Shown: in pieces, positions 37,564-48,256 of the stretch
How the letters are laid out: each line of letters starts with the position of its first letter
Numbering within the stretch: position 1 is the stretch's first letter
DNA from: Calditrichales bacterium
GTDB taxonomy: Bacteria; Calditrichota; Calditrichia; Calditrichales; J004
Direction of reading: 5' to 3'
Assembly (NCBI GenBank): GCA_965267575.1
Contig: OZ254086.1
Span: 1,120,001-1,184,000, forward strand
DNA length: 64,000 nt
The notes under the pieces: generated by a model
Seen by the model: only the letters and a program-made list of their open reading frames with translations
Database searches by the model: none
What the model was told of the DNA's origin: nothing
Program-made: the position numbers and the translations under genes

Positions 37564-38625
37564 ATGGAAACAGTATGGTTTGCTATCCTTGTTTTTATGC
37601 TGACCGTTTATGTGGTGCTGGACGGGTTTGATTTTGGCGCCGGGATACTACACCTGTTTGTGGCCAAAAATGAAGAGCAGGGACAAAGCATCCTGCGCAG
37701 TATTGGTCCGTTCTGGGACGGCAACGAAGTGTGGCTGGTGGCCGGCGGCGGCGTGCTGTTTATCGCATTTCCGCTGTTTTACGCCAGCGCATTCAGCGGT
37801 TTTTACCTGGCGCTGATGCTTGTGCTCTGGCTGCTGATCGGGCGCGCGGTGAGCCTGGAGCTGAGACACATTATCGACAATCCGTTGTGGAAAAGTTTTT
37901 TCGGAACGCTGTTCGGCATAAGCAGCCTGTTGCTGGCACTATTCTTTGGAACGGCGCTGGGCAACGTTGTGCGTGGCGTGACCTTTGTCTCGGAAATGGG
38001 TGGACGTTATTTCTTTACGCCCCTTTTCACCGACTTCCTGCCTTCCGGCTCCGTTGGCGTGCTGGACTGGTTCACCGTGCTGATGGGTCTCATCGCCGTG
38101 TTGACGCTGACCATCCACGGGGCCAACTGGGTCATTCTCAAAAACCCCGATGAGCAATTGAACGACAGGCTTCGCGCTGTTTCCCTCAAAACATGGTGGG
38201 CCTTGCTGGTGTTGGTGGTTTTTTCACTGCCCGCGGTTTACTGGGTGCGCGCCGGGCTGTTCGATAATTTTATCGCTAATCCTTTTATGCTGATTTTGCC
38301 CGCTGCCGGTTTTGCATCGTTGATCGCCACGCGCGTTTTCATCGCCCGCAAACAGGAGTCCGCGGCTTTTGGCGCCTCCTCCGGGTTTATCGTCTTCACG
38401 CTGGTGTCCACGGCGCTGGGATTGTATCCCGCCCTGCTGCCATCTGTAAAAAGCGGCATGCCCGGGTTGGACATTTACAACAGCTCCAACACGCAATACG
38501 GTCTGTGGGTGGCGTTGATCTGGTGGTGCATCGCCCTCGTTCTGGCGATCGCTTATTTCACCTACGTGCACCGTGTCTTCAAGGGCAAGATCAGCGGCGA
38601 AAGCGAGATCTACGGCGGGCATTGA
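37564..38625 (+). CDS. cydB: Cytochrome bd ubiquinol oxidase subunit II
   Basis: YVVLDGFDFGAG, IGPFWDGNEVWL, FPLFYASAFSGFY, GNVVRG, HGANW. Confidence 0.96.
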   Translation: METVWFAILVFMLTVYVVLDGFDFGAGILHLFVAKNEEQGQSILRSIGPFWDGNEVWLVAGGGVLFIAFPLFYASAFSGFYLALMLVLWLLIGRAVSLELRHIIDNPLWKSFFGTLFGISSLLLALFFGTALGNVVRGVTFVSEMGGRYFFTPLFTDFLPSGSVGVLDWFTVLMGLIAVLTLTIHGANWVILKNPDEQLNDRLRAVSLKTWWALLVLVVFSLPAVYWVRAGLFDNFIANPFMLILPAAGFASLIATRVFIARKQESAAFGASSGFIVFTLVSTALGLYPALLPSVKSGMPGLDIYNSSNTQYGLWVALIWWCIALVLAIAYFTYVHRVFKGKISGESEIYGGH

Positions 38626-38883
38626 TTGAACTGGCGGCAGCGGTCCAAAAGGGTCGCGGCGATGACGCTATTGCGGTAATTTAGGTAATAACCGTTGCTA
38701 TGACGGCTCGCATCTCCGATGCTGGTGGGGCATAAAACACGCTTTATCTTTTTTATCAGGCAATAGGGCCAAAACCCGGGAAACTCCCAGGCCCGGCGGG
38801 CCGAACCGGCATAGAACAAACCAATTCAAATTCTGCCAAAAGCCCTATCGGGGCGTACCAACTGGTGATGACGGTATGACGAA

Positions 38884-40581
38884 CTATTTCAGCAACAAAA
38901 CCTTCGCAATCCGTTGCCCGGCGGGACTACTAAACTTCCAGAAATAAAGACCGCTGCTCACAGCCGCGCCCAGTCCATCCCTGCCATCCCAGCTAAGCTG
39001 TTGCTGTCCGGCGCCGTACATTTTTTCGCCAAAGCTGAGAACCTGCCTGCCACTGATATCAAAAATCGCTGCATCAACAGGCATGGAACGGTTTAGCGTA
39101 AAACTTATGGTCGTCGCATTGTTAAAAGGATTGGGATAGCTTGTAGAAACTTCGAACGTTTGGGGAAGCGTCTCCTCTCCGGTTAAAGCATTAGCAAAAT
39201 CATTAAAATAAATGTGCAACTGGTAACTCCACAATGCCACGATGTCCAACACACCATCGCCGTTAAAATCGGCGGCAGCAAAATCTTCCACGACACCGGA
39301 TTCGCTTTCTGCCAAAAGCACTGCTGTTTGATAACTCCAGAAAGTCACAGATGGGTCTGCCGGATTAGGAAGCACGTAAAAATTTATATAATTTTCAGGA
39401 ATTACATTGTAATAGCTGATCAGGTCGGTCCAGCCATCTCCATTTAGATCCGCCGGAATCGCCCCATGCGGCAGGTCACCGCCGCCTGTCCGAATTAAGT
39501 CTTCCGCATCGGTCAAAAGAACGCCATTTTGATCGTTAAGAAAGATGAAATCCTCAGCGTTGGTAACCACATGCAAATCTATAAAGCGATCGTTATTAAA
39601 ATCAGCCGCATTCATATCAAACATATAACCAAATCCATCCGGGAGGCTGTCTGTCTGTAAAACAAACGCACCTTCGGCTTGTCCTGCCGCGTTGAAAAAC
39701 GAAATTTGCAGATACTGTGAACCATGGGCAATATCCAGGATACCATCATTGTTAAAATCGGCCACGACGAAATTTTCGATTTCATCTCCTAAAATCAGCG
39801 TGTCAGCTACTTCGTTTATCAGGCCGTTTCCCTGGTTGTAATGCACGCCAATAAAACGGCTGCCGATTTCAATATGGTCGGCAAAACCATCATTATTAAA
39901 ATCAACAAAGGCGTAGGAGAGCGTATCCTGCGGGACAAACTGTCCGTCCTCCATTTCCAGAACCGACCTTCCGTTCAGTTCCATATTGTAATCAAGGTCT
40001 GTGTCAGTAATAATCGTGGCATTAGGACTAAGGGGGAGAGTTTGGAAAAGAGTAAAGCCCATATTGCCATCATTAAGCCACACTTTATCGTCAACCACAA
40101 CATCAGGCTTTTCGTCCTTATTGATATCCGCGGTAAGCAGGGACACTTTGCCCGATTCAAAATAGTTTTTGCCGGTTGTGTAAACCAGCGGATAATCCTC
40201 TGCCGAAATAATCGAGAAACTCCATTGGAAGCCTTCGAAAAGCTCGCCGCCTGCACCACGCACTCTGTCAGTAACAATTACATTGACTTTCTCCCCGACA
40301 AAGAACGGGTTGCGCGTGGCGATAGATACTGTATTTGTTTGCTCGTTGTAGACATATGCATATCTCTTGCTGGCGCTAAACGTGCTTGTAACAATGATTT
40401 TATTCTGTAAACGGCTGGTGTCTATGGGTGACGAAAAACGGATATGAATCGGTGGATCGGTCGCAGCCACACTTTCGTGTATCGGGGGAGAGATAAGTTC
40501 AAGGTTCAAGCTTTGGCCAAAGGACCAGGCAAAGCAGCCCAGCAAAATCAGCACGGCGGAAAACACTTTTCTAACCATCAT
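38884..40581 (-). CDS. Secreted Ig-like + FG-GAP/VCBS repeat protein with T9SS/FlgD CTD
   Basis: Repeated ADFNNDGILDI / ADLNGDGWTDL motifs; C-terminal SYPNPFNN...WDGRD...SSGLYF; GGAGGA before ATG 40581. Confidence 0.82.
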   Translation of the reverse strand: MMVRKVFSAVLILLGCFAWSFGQSLNLELISPPIHESVAATDPPIHIRFSSPIDTSRLQNKIIVTSTFSASKRYAYVYNEQTNTVSIATRNPFFVGEKVNVIVTDRVRGAGGELFEGFQWSFSIISAEDYPLVYTTGKNYFESGKVSLLTADINKDEKPDVVVDDKVWLNDGNMGFTLFQTLPLSPNATIITDTDLDYNMELNGRSVLEMEDGQFVPQDTLSYAFVDFNNDGFADHIEIGSRFIGVHYNQGNGLINEVADTLILGDEIENFVVADFNNDGILDIAHGSQYLQISFFNAAGQAEGAFVLQTDSLPDGFGYMFDMNAADFNNDRFIDLHVVTNAEDFIFLNDQNGVLLTDAEDLIRTGGGDLPHGAIPADLNGDGWTDLISYYNVIPENYINFYVLPNPADPSVTFWSYQTAVLLAESESGVVEDFAAADFNGDGVLDIVALWSYQLHIYFNDFANALTGEETLPQTFEVSTSYPNPFNNATTISFTLNRSMPVDAAIFDISGRQVLSFGEKMYGAGQQQLSWDGRDGLGAAVSSGLYFWKFSSPAGQRIAKVLLLK

Positions 40582-40754
40582 ATCCTCCGCAACTTTTAAA
40601 CGGTTTTGAGTTAATATAAACAATCGTCCTTTGTTTAGAAACTAATTTTTGGGATTAGTGCGGGATGAATTTTTTCGCCGGGTTCTGTGCGCGCTGCTCT
40701 TTACGCGGCCCTTCTTATATCGTATAATGGCCTACCTTAATAACCGGCTATGCC

Positions 40755-43181
40755 ATGCGTTCACTAATAATAATTTTTATTACGATTGCTTTTGCCGCCG
40801 CCGGCCAGCCCTGGCTGTTGCCGCTGCGTGACAGCCAAAACGAAAAAACCTACCGTCCGGCTCCGGCTGAAAAATATCCCTCCTGGCAGGCACGCATCGA
40901 TGCCACCTGGGGCGACGGACTGGCCACCGCCTACAAACTGCAGATTTTTGATACCTGGTACGAAAGCGTTCAAAAAAGATATGCCGGATTTAACGGCGTC
41001 GATGCTGACCTGGGCAGCCTACACGATCAATACCGCTCGGAAATTGAAAACGGTGTCAGCCGCGGACGCTTCGCCGCCATCATGAACCACATGAGCCTGC
41101 CGCTGCTGGAAATGCACCAGCTTATTCTTGATGAAGACATATACAACACGGCCCTGGCCCCGGAGATGCCTCTGTTTGTAATCGGTGGCGCGGGAAATGT
41201 GACCCATGCCGGCGCGGCGGTTACGCAGATCGCCGACGACCGCCTGGTATTTCACGCCGTAGCAAATGATCACCCGCTGGGACTGCAAGTTGGCGATATT
41301 TTTATCGGGTATGACGGAAAGCCTTGGGCGCAGTTGCTGCAAGAGCTCGAACAGGCACAGCTTCCCGTCACCAGTTTTGACATTCTATCCAGCCACGCCG
41401 ACGGCATGCGCTACAAAAAACTGACCGCCGGGCCGCTGAACTGGCATCTTTTCTCCGAGATGCAGGTCATCAAAAAGGACGAAAGCGAAATAACCACGCT
41501 GGACCTGGCGCCCATGTACAACGCGCCGTTGCCGGCCATGTTTGCCACCGAGCAGATCGCGCCGCCGGGGATTCCGCCACCGGGCGGAAACCTGTCAGTT
41601 GCCTTTCCGGAAGAGCGTCTCAGTTACGGCATCATCGAGGGTACGGATATCGGCTATATTTGCGTCTGGGACTGGGCCAACGATGCCTCTTCGCTGAACA
41701 CGGCCTTTGCCGATGCTGCCCGCTACGTGATGCATGAAAACGAAACTTCCGGCCTGATCGTTGATTTCCGCTATAACCGCGGCGGCCTGCCCGAACGCGC
41801 GGCAGGCGGCTTCAACGTGCTGTTCAGCAGCGATTTCTGCGGCCTGGGCACGCTGCGCCGCACTTCAGAAAACGACATCAATGCGCTGTCTGAATACAGC
41901 AGCTGCTTTTCCTATTACGATACACTGGATGTGGACCGCTATATCTACGATAAACCGATCGCTGTGCTTGTAGGTCCCAACTGCGCCAGTGCCGGAGATT
42001 TTAACGCCCTGCGCCTGAGCCGGCACTCCAATGCACGTGTTTTTGGCCGTCCCTCGGCCGGCGCCTTCATCGGGGAAAGTGAATTCCTGACCTTTGATTT
42101 TGCCGAAGAGTGGCAGGGTCGCAACGTAATTGAAAACACCTTTCTTGCCGGGCAGCCACAGCAGCCGCTGATGCATAATGGCCTACAGCCGGATGAAAAT
42201 ATCTGGCTGACCTACGAGGCGATTATTGCCGGGGAAGACAATGTTATTCAGCGGGCGATGGATTGGATCGCCGGGCGCATGCATATTTACAACGCGGTTG
42301 TTGCCAACCCCAACCTGAACGAAGAGATCGATCCCGTGCAGACGAGCGCAAGCCTTTACAATCCTCAGCAGCACAATGTGAGCGTCAGCGCGGAGATAAA
42401 AACGTGGTTGGGACAGCCCGTATCGCAGACCACGCTTGACGCCGCGGGCAACCGCTTTGAAGGCACCTTCCCCGCCATGCCAAACGAAGACATTTACACA
42501 ATCAGCTATACTGTAAATGACCACGACGCCGATACCAGCTATACGCTACGCGACGCCACTTTCTTTACCACAAAAGGCCCGCTTGTTTTTGCCATTGATG
42601 AGGTGGTGGAAAAAAGCGAGACGCAGTTTCATTTTTGGTACTCGCTGACCAACATAGGTTCCACGGCCATCAGCGATGTGGAGACCTGGATTATAGCGCC
42701 CGATTCCAACGTGACCAAGCGCATGGGCAAGCGGCAGGATTTCCCCTACATCGGGCCGGGCGAAACGGTGCGCAGTCCGCGGCTTGTGCGGATTGTTTAC
42801 AAGAAAAATGAAAACCCCGATTATTACCCCAGGCTGGTTGCTGAAAGCTCCTCCCACAATTACATCCTGTGGAAAAGCGATGTTGTCTCATCGCTGGATG
42901 AAACGCCCGCCGCGCCGCATACTTTCAGTTTACAGCAGAATTATCCCAACCCTTTTAACCCCGTCACACAGATTGTTTACAGCCTGCCGCGCAAGTCACA
43001 TGTTTCACTGAAACTGTACGACAGCAGCGGCCGCCTGGTCCGCACCTTGCTGGATGCCTCCAAACCGGCCGGGGAGCACCGTTACCGGCTTAATGCCTCG
43101 CACTTGGCCAGCGGCGTGTACTACTACCGCCTGGATGCAGCCGGCCACAGCCAAACGCGCAAGATGGTACTAATCAAATAA
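40755..43181 (+). CDS. S41 family peptidase with T9SS CTD
   Basis: DIGYI, LIVDFRYNRGG, VLVGPNCASAGD, VFGRPSAGA, GLQPD; C-terminal QNYPNPFNP...RKMVLIK. Confidence 0.85.
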   Translation: MRSLIIIFITIAFAAAGQPWLLPLRDSQNEKTYRPAPAEKYPSWQARIDATWGDGLATAYKLQIFDTWYESVQKRYAGFNGVDADLGSLHDQYRSEIENGVSRGRFAAIMNHMSLPLLEMHQLILDEDIYNTALAPEMPLFVIGGAGNVTHAGAAVTQIADDRLVFHAVANDHPLGLQVGDIFIGYDGKPWAQLLQELEQAQLPVTSFDILSSHADGMRYKKLTAGPLNWHLFSEMQVIKKDESEITTLDLAPMYNAPLPAMFATEQIAPPGIPPPGGNLSVAFPEERLSYGIIEGTDIGYICVWDWANDASSLNTAFADAARYVMHENETSGLIVDFRYNRGGLPERAAGGFNVLFSSDFCGLGTLRRTSENDINALSEYSSCFSYYDTLDVDRYIYDKPIAVLVGPNCASAGDFNALRLSRHSNARVFGRPSAGAFIGESEFLTFDFAEEWQGRNVIENTFLAGQPQQPLMHNGLQPDENIWLTYEAIIAGEDNVIQRAMDWIAGRMHIYNAVVANPNLNEEIDPVQTSASLYNPQQHNVSVSAEIKTWLGQPVSQTTLDAAGNRFEGTFPAMPNEDIYTISYTVNDHDADTSYTLRDATFFTTKGPLVFAIDEVVEKSETQFHFWYSLTNIGSTAISDVETWIIAPDSNVTKRMGKRQDFPYIGPGETVRSPRLVRIVYKKNENPDYYPRLVAESSSHNYILWKSDVVSSLDETPAAPHTFSLQQNYPNPFNPVTQIVYSLPRKSHVSLKLYDSSGRLVRTLLDASKPAGEHRYRLNASHLASGVYYYRLDAAGHSQTRKMVLIK

Positions 43182-43309
43182 AAACCGGCAACGATCCTAT
43201 TATTTGTAATGGGCTGCCTTTAGTAGGCTATTACGCGCAACACAAATAATTTTTATTGCTTCCCATTCCGGCAGTTGTATATTTATTATCAGAAAAGTAT
43301 TTATCTAAA
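43090..43309 (+). repeat. Direct repeat: CTD-coding tail plus intergenic region (copy at 46495-46714; tail only at 49881-49960)
   Basis: Near-identical GCAC(T/C)TGGCCAGCGGCGT...CGCAAGATGGTA...AAAAGTATTTATCTAAA, 3405 bp apart. Confidence 0.92.
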
Positions 43310-43348
43310 TAGTAAAGCTATTGAAAGGCCTATAATTTTAGGGGAGGT

Positions 43349-44874
43349 ATGAAAGCTTTAATATACATTATAATTGTTTATATTGCACTAAGCTTCGCAC
43401 AAGAAGAAAACCCGCAATATCCAACTGCGGAATTAGGCTGTCAAACAACTCACTTTGGAGCAAATCAAACGATAAAATTTGTAATAGAACCACTTGGGTC
43501 TATCTACTGTACGGACTTAAATAACGATTGTAATCTTTTAATTTCCTCACCTATTCAAACAGATTTCGAAGTAATTTTTTCAGGAAATAGTTATACAGAT
43601 CCACAAACCGGATTTCAAATATTATCACACTGTGGCGTAGACCCTATTAACATTGATTTAGACAAGGGTTGGATTTTTCATGGACTATTTGAAGTAAATA
43701 TCTATGTAGATGGAGAAAATACTACCACCTTTTTTTTTGATAACAGAGATGACTCATTCGTAGTTTCAAGGTGTAACAATCCTGGTAACTGTAATGGAAA
43801 CGACATTACGTTAAGACTAGTAAATACACAAAATGGACCAAAGCTTTGGATTAATAAAAATGGTATTACAGGAGATTATTCTAGGGAACAACCTGGATGG
43901 ATTAGTTTGGAAGAGTTTGGACCAGTGCTCACCTTTTGGGAATTAAAAGATTGTACAAGCAAAAATATGGAAAACTTCCCTATTAGACCGTTTAGTATAT
44001 TAAACATAATTGAGGACAACGATCATCCATATTTAACTTGGACCCAACCCAAAAACTACCAGCATGATGTAGACTATTACTCTGTTGAACTAGCACACGA
44101 ATCTAATTTTACGCAGATTGGAACAACAAGTGACAACTATTACACAGATCTGTCAAAACTTTGGAGCCAACACGACGATCCTGAATATTTTCGATATCGT
44201 ATTGTTACGCGATTTAAAAACGGCGCCCTAATGAATATTCAAATATTTTTGAACTTAAAAGGGGCGAATTTATCTTGGAAGAAATTGAACGCGTTAGTGG
44301 AAGTCCTCTCTTAAGATGGAACGCACCGGTATTCTCGTACCCGACTTTAAAGTATGAAGTATACAGAAAAATCAATGATAATAACTTTCTTAAAATTAAA
44401 ACCATAAATGATCGATATACGAGTAGCTATCATGATATTGAAATGTATTGGGATCAAAGCGGTGACGGTCATGAAGTAAAATATAAGGTTAAAGCCATTC
44501 CAAATGATGATGCTTTTTCTATAATAGAATCTAATATTCGTTCAATTTATATGGGAAAAATCTTTTTTGCCAAACCAACGCAGCCCGTTTTTTCAAGTCA
44601 TGATGAGGAGGCGCTAAATTTTTGGAGCTACCCCAATCCGTTTAACCCCAGTACCACAATAGAATATGAAATAAAAGAGGCTTCAAATGTCTTAGTGGAG
44701 TTATATGACAATAATGGTAAACTCGTTAATGAAGTTTCGCGTAGTTTCAAGATAACCGGAACACACAGGCAGGTAATAACGGGTCATGACCTGGCCAATG
44801 GAATATACTTTCTAAAAATAACTCTTATTGAAAAAAGGATATCCAAAACAATGAAAATTGTTCTTTTAAAATAG
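43349..44874 (+). pseudogene. Secreted Cys-rich protein X1 (novel N-domain, two FN3-like domains, T9SS CTD) split by a frameshift
   Basis: ORFs 43349-44314 and 44275-44874 join if one C is added at CCC 44226-44228 (giving NGAPNEYSNIFELKRGEFILEE). May be an assembly error. Confidence 0.75.
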
Positions 44875-44882
44875 GAGATGAA

Positions 44883-46586
44883 ATGGATATTTTTAGAAAA
44901 TTTTGTATTGTTTTTTTTGTGCCAATTAGCCTTGTGGCACAAGGTCTGAATTGGTATATCATCGATGTAAATAATGTTAGACTTCCGTTTAATAACGAAG
45001 GCAGCATAGGCCCTTGGGCGGCAAATCCTCCTTTATTAAATAATCAGTATAAAGGATTTGATCTGATTTCCAGCGGTGGTTTTTTTCTAAGTGGCAAAAG
45101 CCGTGACAGCCTGTGGGCAAACGGCAGATGTCTTTACATGAAAAATAGAAATGAACACTATAAATCAGGACTAATTTCGAATACTAGCTTAGATGATTCT
45201 TTATTGTTTGTTTTAAGATCGTCTGACGAACCTTTTTCCTCAAATTGGCAAAATTGGCGCGAAGCGGTCAAACTGGGTGCGTACTTTTATGATGGCGATG
45301 GTGACGGGGTTTATGACCCTGTAGACAGAAACAGTAACGGACAGTGGGATGAGAATGAAGACAGGCCGGATCTGCTCGGTGATATAACGTTGTGGTCTGT
45401 CTATCACCAGTTTCAAAGCTTTTACAGCAATACTGTCTGGGGTATTGAACTGCGCCAAACGGCTTTCGCCTGGGCCGGTGACAGCACCAAGGCAGATGGC
45501 AACACTATTTTTGTACGTTACGAACTATCCAACACCGGCGCTCAAAGCGATGTATTGGATTCTGTATATTTTGGCCCGACGCTGGACATCGATGTCGGTT
45601 ATCATGAAGACGACCTTTCGGGCTGCGATCCTGAAGAGCAAAGGGTTTTTACATATAATGAAGGAGATGACATCTATTTTGGGACTAAGCCGGCCGTACT
45701 GATGATGGATTTGTTACAGGGGCCGCAGTCCTACATTCCGGGCGAAACCTATGTGGATAATAATGGCAACGGCTTATTTGACAGGGATATTGATACGCCA
45801 TTAAAAGAGACGCAGTTGAAAGGCGGTCCGCAGCGGGGCTTGATAAGCAGGCCAGGCAGCGCTCCAATGAAAGCACGGGCAGTAACAGTACTCGTTGACT
45901 CAGATCCTCGAATTGGCGATCCTAGTACAAAAGAAGAAATCAATTATTACCTGAAAGGCGGCTTATGGAGGAATGGCGACTCCATTGATGTGGCCACCTG
46001 GCCTCTCGGAAACGGGTCAACTTTGGGAAGCGCGGCGGATACAATTGATCCTCGTTTCATGTATTCCGGTGATCCGGTTAGCGGAGAAGGCTGGTTAAAT
46101 AACGTCGCCAGTGACACAAGGGTAATGATCTCAGCCGGCCCGTTCAGGCTAGAAAAGGGCAATCCTGTTGAGGTTATCGTCGCTTATACCGTGGGTCATG
46201 GCGACGGCCCCATAAACAGCATAAGTGCCGCCCGCGTTTTTAACGACGCTATTCAGCAGGCCTACGAAAGCAATTTTACAAACATGCCCACGTCCATTGA
46301 AGCCGCTAAGCCAAAGTCTGCCCACACAATGGAACTATATCAAAATTATCCCAACCCGTTCAACCCTTCCACCACAATTGTGTACGAATTGCCCCGTCGC
46401 CAGCATGTTACAATCATCCTGTTTGACAATACCGGGCGCAAAGTGGCCACTCTGATTGACGCTCCACAAAACCAGGGCCGTCACGTGTTGGACTTTAACG
46501 CCGCGCACCTGGCCAGCGGCGTCTACTACTACCGCCTGGATGCAGGCGGCCATAGCCAAACGCGCAAGATGGTACTAATAAAATAA
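44883..46586 (+). CDS. Secreted protein Y1 of unknown function with T9SS CTD
   Basis: Signal peptide; D-rich calcium-binding-like motifs DGDGDGVYD, DRNSNGQWD; DDLSGCD; C-terminal QNYPNPFNP...RKMVLIK. Confidence 0.85.
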   Translation: MDIFRKFCIVFFVPISLVAQGLNWYIIDVNNVRLPFNNEGSIGPWAANPPLLNNQYKGFDLISSGGFFLSGKSRDSLWANGRCLYMKNRNEHYKSGLISNTSLDDSLLFVLRSSDEPFSSNWQNWREAVKLGAYFYDGDGDGVYDPVDRNSNGQWDENEDRPDLLGDITLWSVYHQFQSFYSNTVWGIELRQTAFAWAGDSTKADGNTIFVRYELSNTGAQSDVLDSVYFGPTLDIDVGYHEDDLSGCDPEEQRVFTYNEGDDIYFGTKPAVLMMDLLQGPQSYIPGETYVDNNGNGLFDRDIDTPLKETQLKGGPQRGLISRPGSAPMKARAVTVLVDSDPRIGDPSTKEEINYYLKGGLWRNGDSIDVATWPLGNGSTLGSAADTIDPRFMYSGDPVSGEGWLNNVASDTRVMISAGPFRLEKGNPVEVIVAYTVGHGDGPINSISAARVFNDAIQQAYESNFTNMPTSIEAAKPKSAHTMELYQNYPNPFNPSTTIVYELPRRQHVTIILFDNTGRKVATLIDAPQNQGRHVLDFNAAHLASGVYYYRLDAGGHSQTRKMVLIK

Positions 46587-46732
46587 AAACCGGCAACGAT
46601 CCTATTATTTGTAATGGGCTGCCTTTAGTAGGCTATTACGCGCAACACAAATAATTTATATTGCTTCCCATTCCGGCAGTTGTATATTTATTATCAGAAA
46701 AGTATTTATCTAAACAAGTAAGGACTGTCGAT

Positions 46733-48245
46733 ATGAAAACCATAGTATTGTTTATGATGCTTTTGGGAGGCTTTAGTATTGCACAAGAAGAAAGTCCACA
46801 ATACACAAATGCTGAACTGGGTTGTCAAACAACCGGTTTTTCTGCAGGGCAAACCATCACCTATGAACTGATACCCCTTGGAACGATCTTTTGCAGGGAT
46901 ATAAATAATCGTTGCAATATGAATAAAGCAACACCAACAAATACAGACTTTTTGGTTCAACTTTCCGGAAATAAGTATGAAGAGGCGTCATATGGTTTTC
47001 AAATTATTCCAGACTGCGCCACAAACCCCGTTAACCCCTCGCTTGACGAGGGGATTATGTTTCATGGTTTATTTAAAATAATAGTAAAAATAGATGGCAT
47101 TGTAAAAGCGACTTTTTTTTATGATAATCGCGATGATTCATTTGTTACTGCCGCTTGTGGAAATCCCGGCAATTGTAACGGAAATGATATTACAATCAGG
47201 ATGGAAGGTACGAATGCCCATATTCATCCAAACGGTAAAGTTCGTGACTTGGAAAGAACTGATCCTGATTGGAAACCGCTAGACAAACATGGCGGCATAA
47301 TTAACTTTTGGGAAGTCAAAGACTGTATTAGTCGAAACGTATCAAACTTTACGACAAGACCTTTCAGCGTTTTAAATATAGAAGAATACAATAACCATCC
47401 TCATTTGACCTGGACTTCTCCTCAAAATTATAATTATGAAGTTGATTATTATATCATAGAAAGGGCGTATGAATCAAGTTATAACCAAATTGGTACTACA
47501 AGTGGTCAAGCTTATATAGATGAAACCAAAACCTGGAATGAATACGAAGACTACGAATATTTTCGATATCGCGTAGTTACTCGATTTAAAAATGGTGCTC
47601 CCGATGAATATTCAAATATTTTTGAACTTAAAAGGCGAATTTATCCTGGAAGAAATTGAACGCGTGAGTGGAAGCCCCCTCTTAAACTGGAATGCACCGG
47701 TGTTCTCGCACCCGACTTTAAAGTATGAAGTATACAGAAAAATCAATGATAATAACTTTCTTAAAATTAAAACGATAAATGATCAATATACGAGTAGCTA
47801 TCATGATATTGAAATGTATTGGGATCAAAGCGGTGACGATCATGAAGTAAAATATAAGGTAAAAGCCATTCCAAATGATGAGGCTTTTTATAGTATAGAA
47901 TCCAATATTCAGTCAATTTATATGGGGAAGATATTCTTTTCTAAACCATCACATCCCTTTTTTTCCAGAAATGATAAACAGGCTATAGATTTTAAGAGCT
48001 ACCCTAATCCATTTAATCCTATTACAACAATTGAATATGAAATAATAGAGGATTCAAATATCGCAATCGAACTGTTTGATAATACCGGAAAGCTCGTTAA
48101 GGAGATTTCACATGGTTTCAAACAGGCAGGAGTATATAAGCAAGTAATCACGGGTCATGACCTGGCAAATGGAATCTACTTCCTAAAAATAACTCTTATG
48201 GAAAAAGGAACATCTAAAACGTTAAAACTTATTGTATTGAAATAG
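46733..48245 (+). pseudogene. Secreted Cys-rich protein X2 (paralog of X1) split by a frameshift
   Basis: ATG 46733. ORFs join if AAAAGG (47630-47635) is AAAAGGGG as in X1. May be an assembly error. Confidence 0.75.
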
Positions 48246-48256
48246 GAGGACGAATA

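Noticed and set aside
44214-47660. Conserved programmed ribosomal frameshift in X1/X2
   Set aside because: X1 needs -1 and X2 needs +1 (or -2), at different sites; no shared in-frame slippery heptamer.
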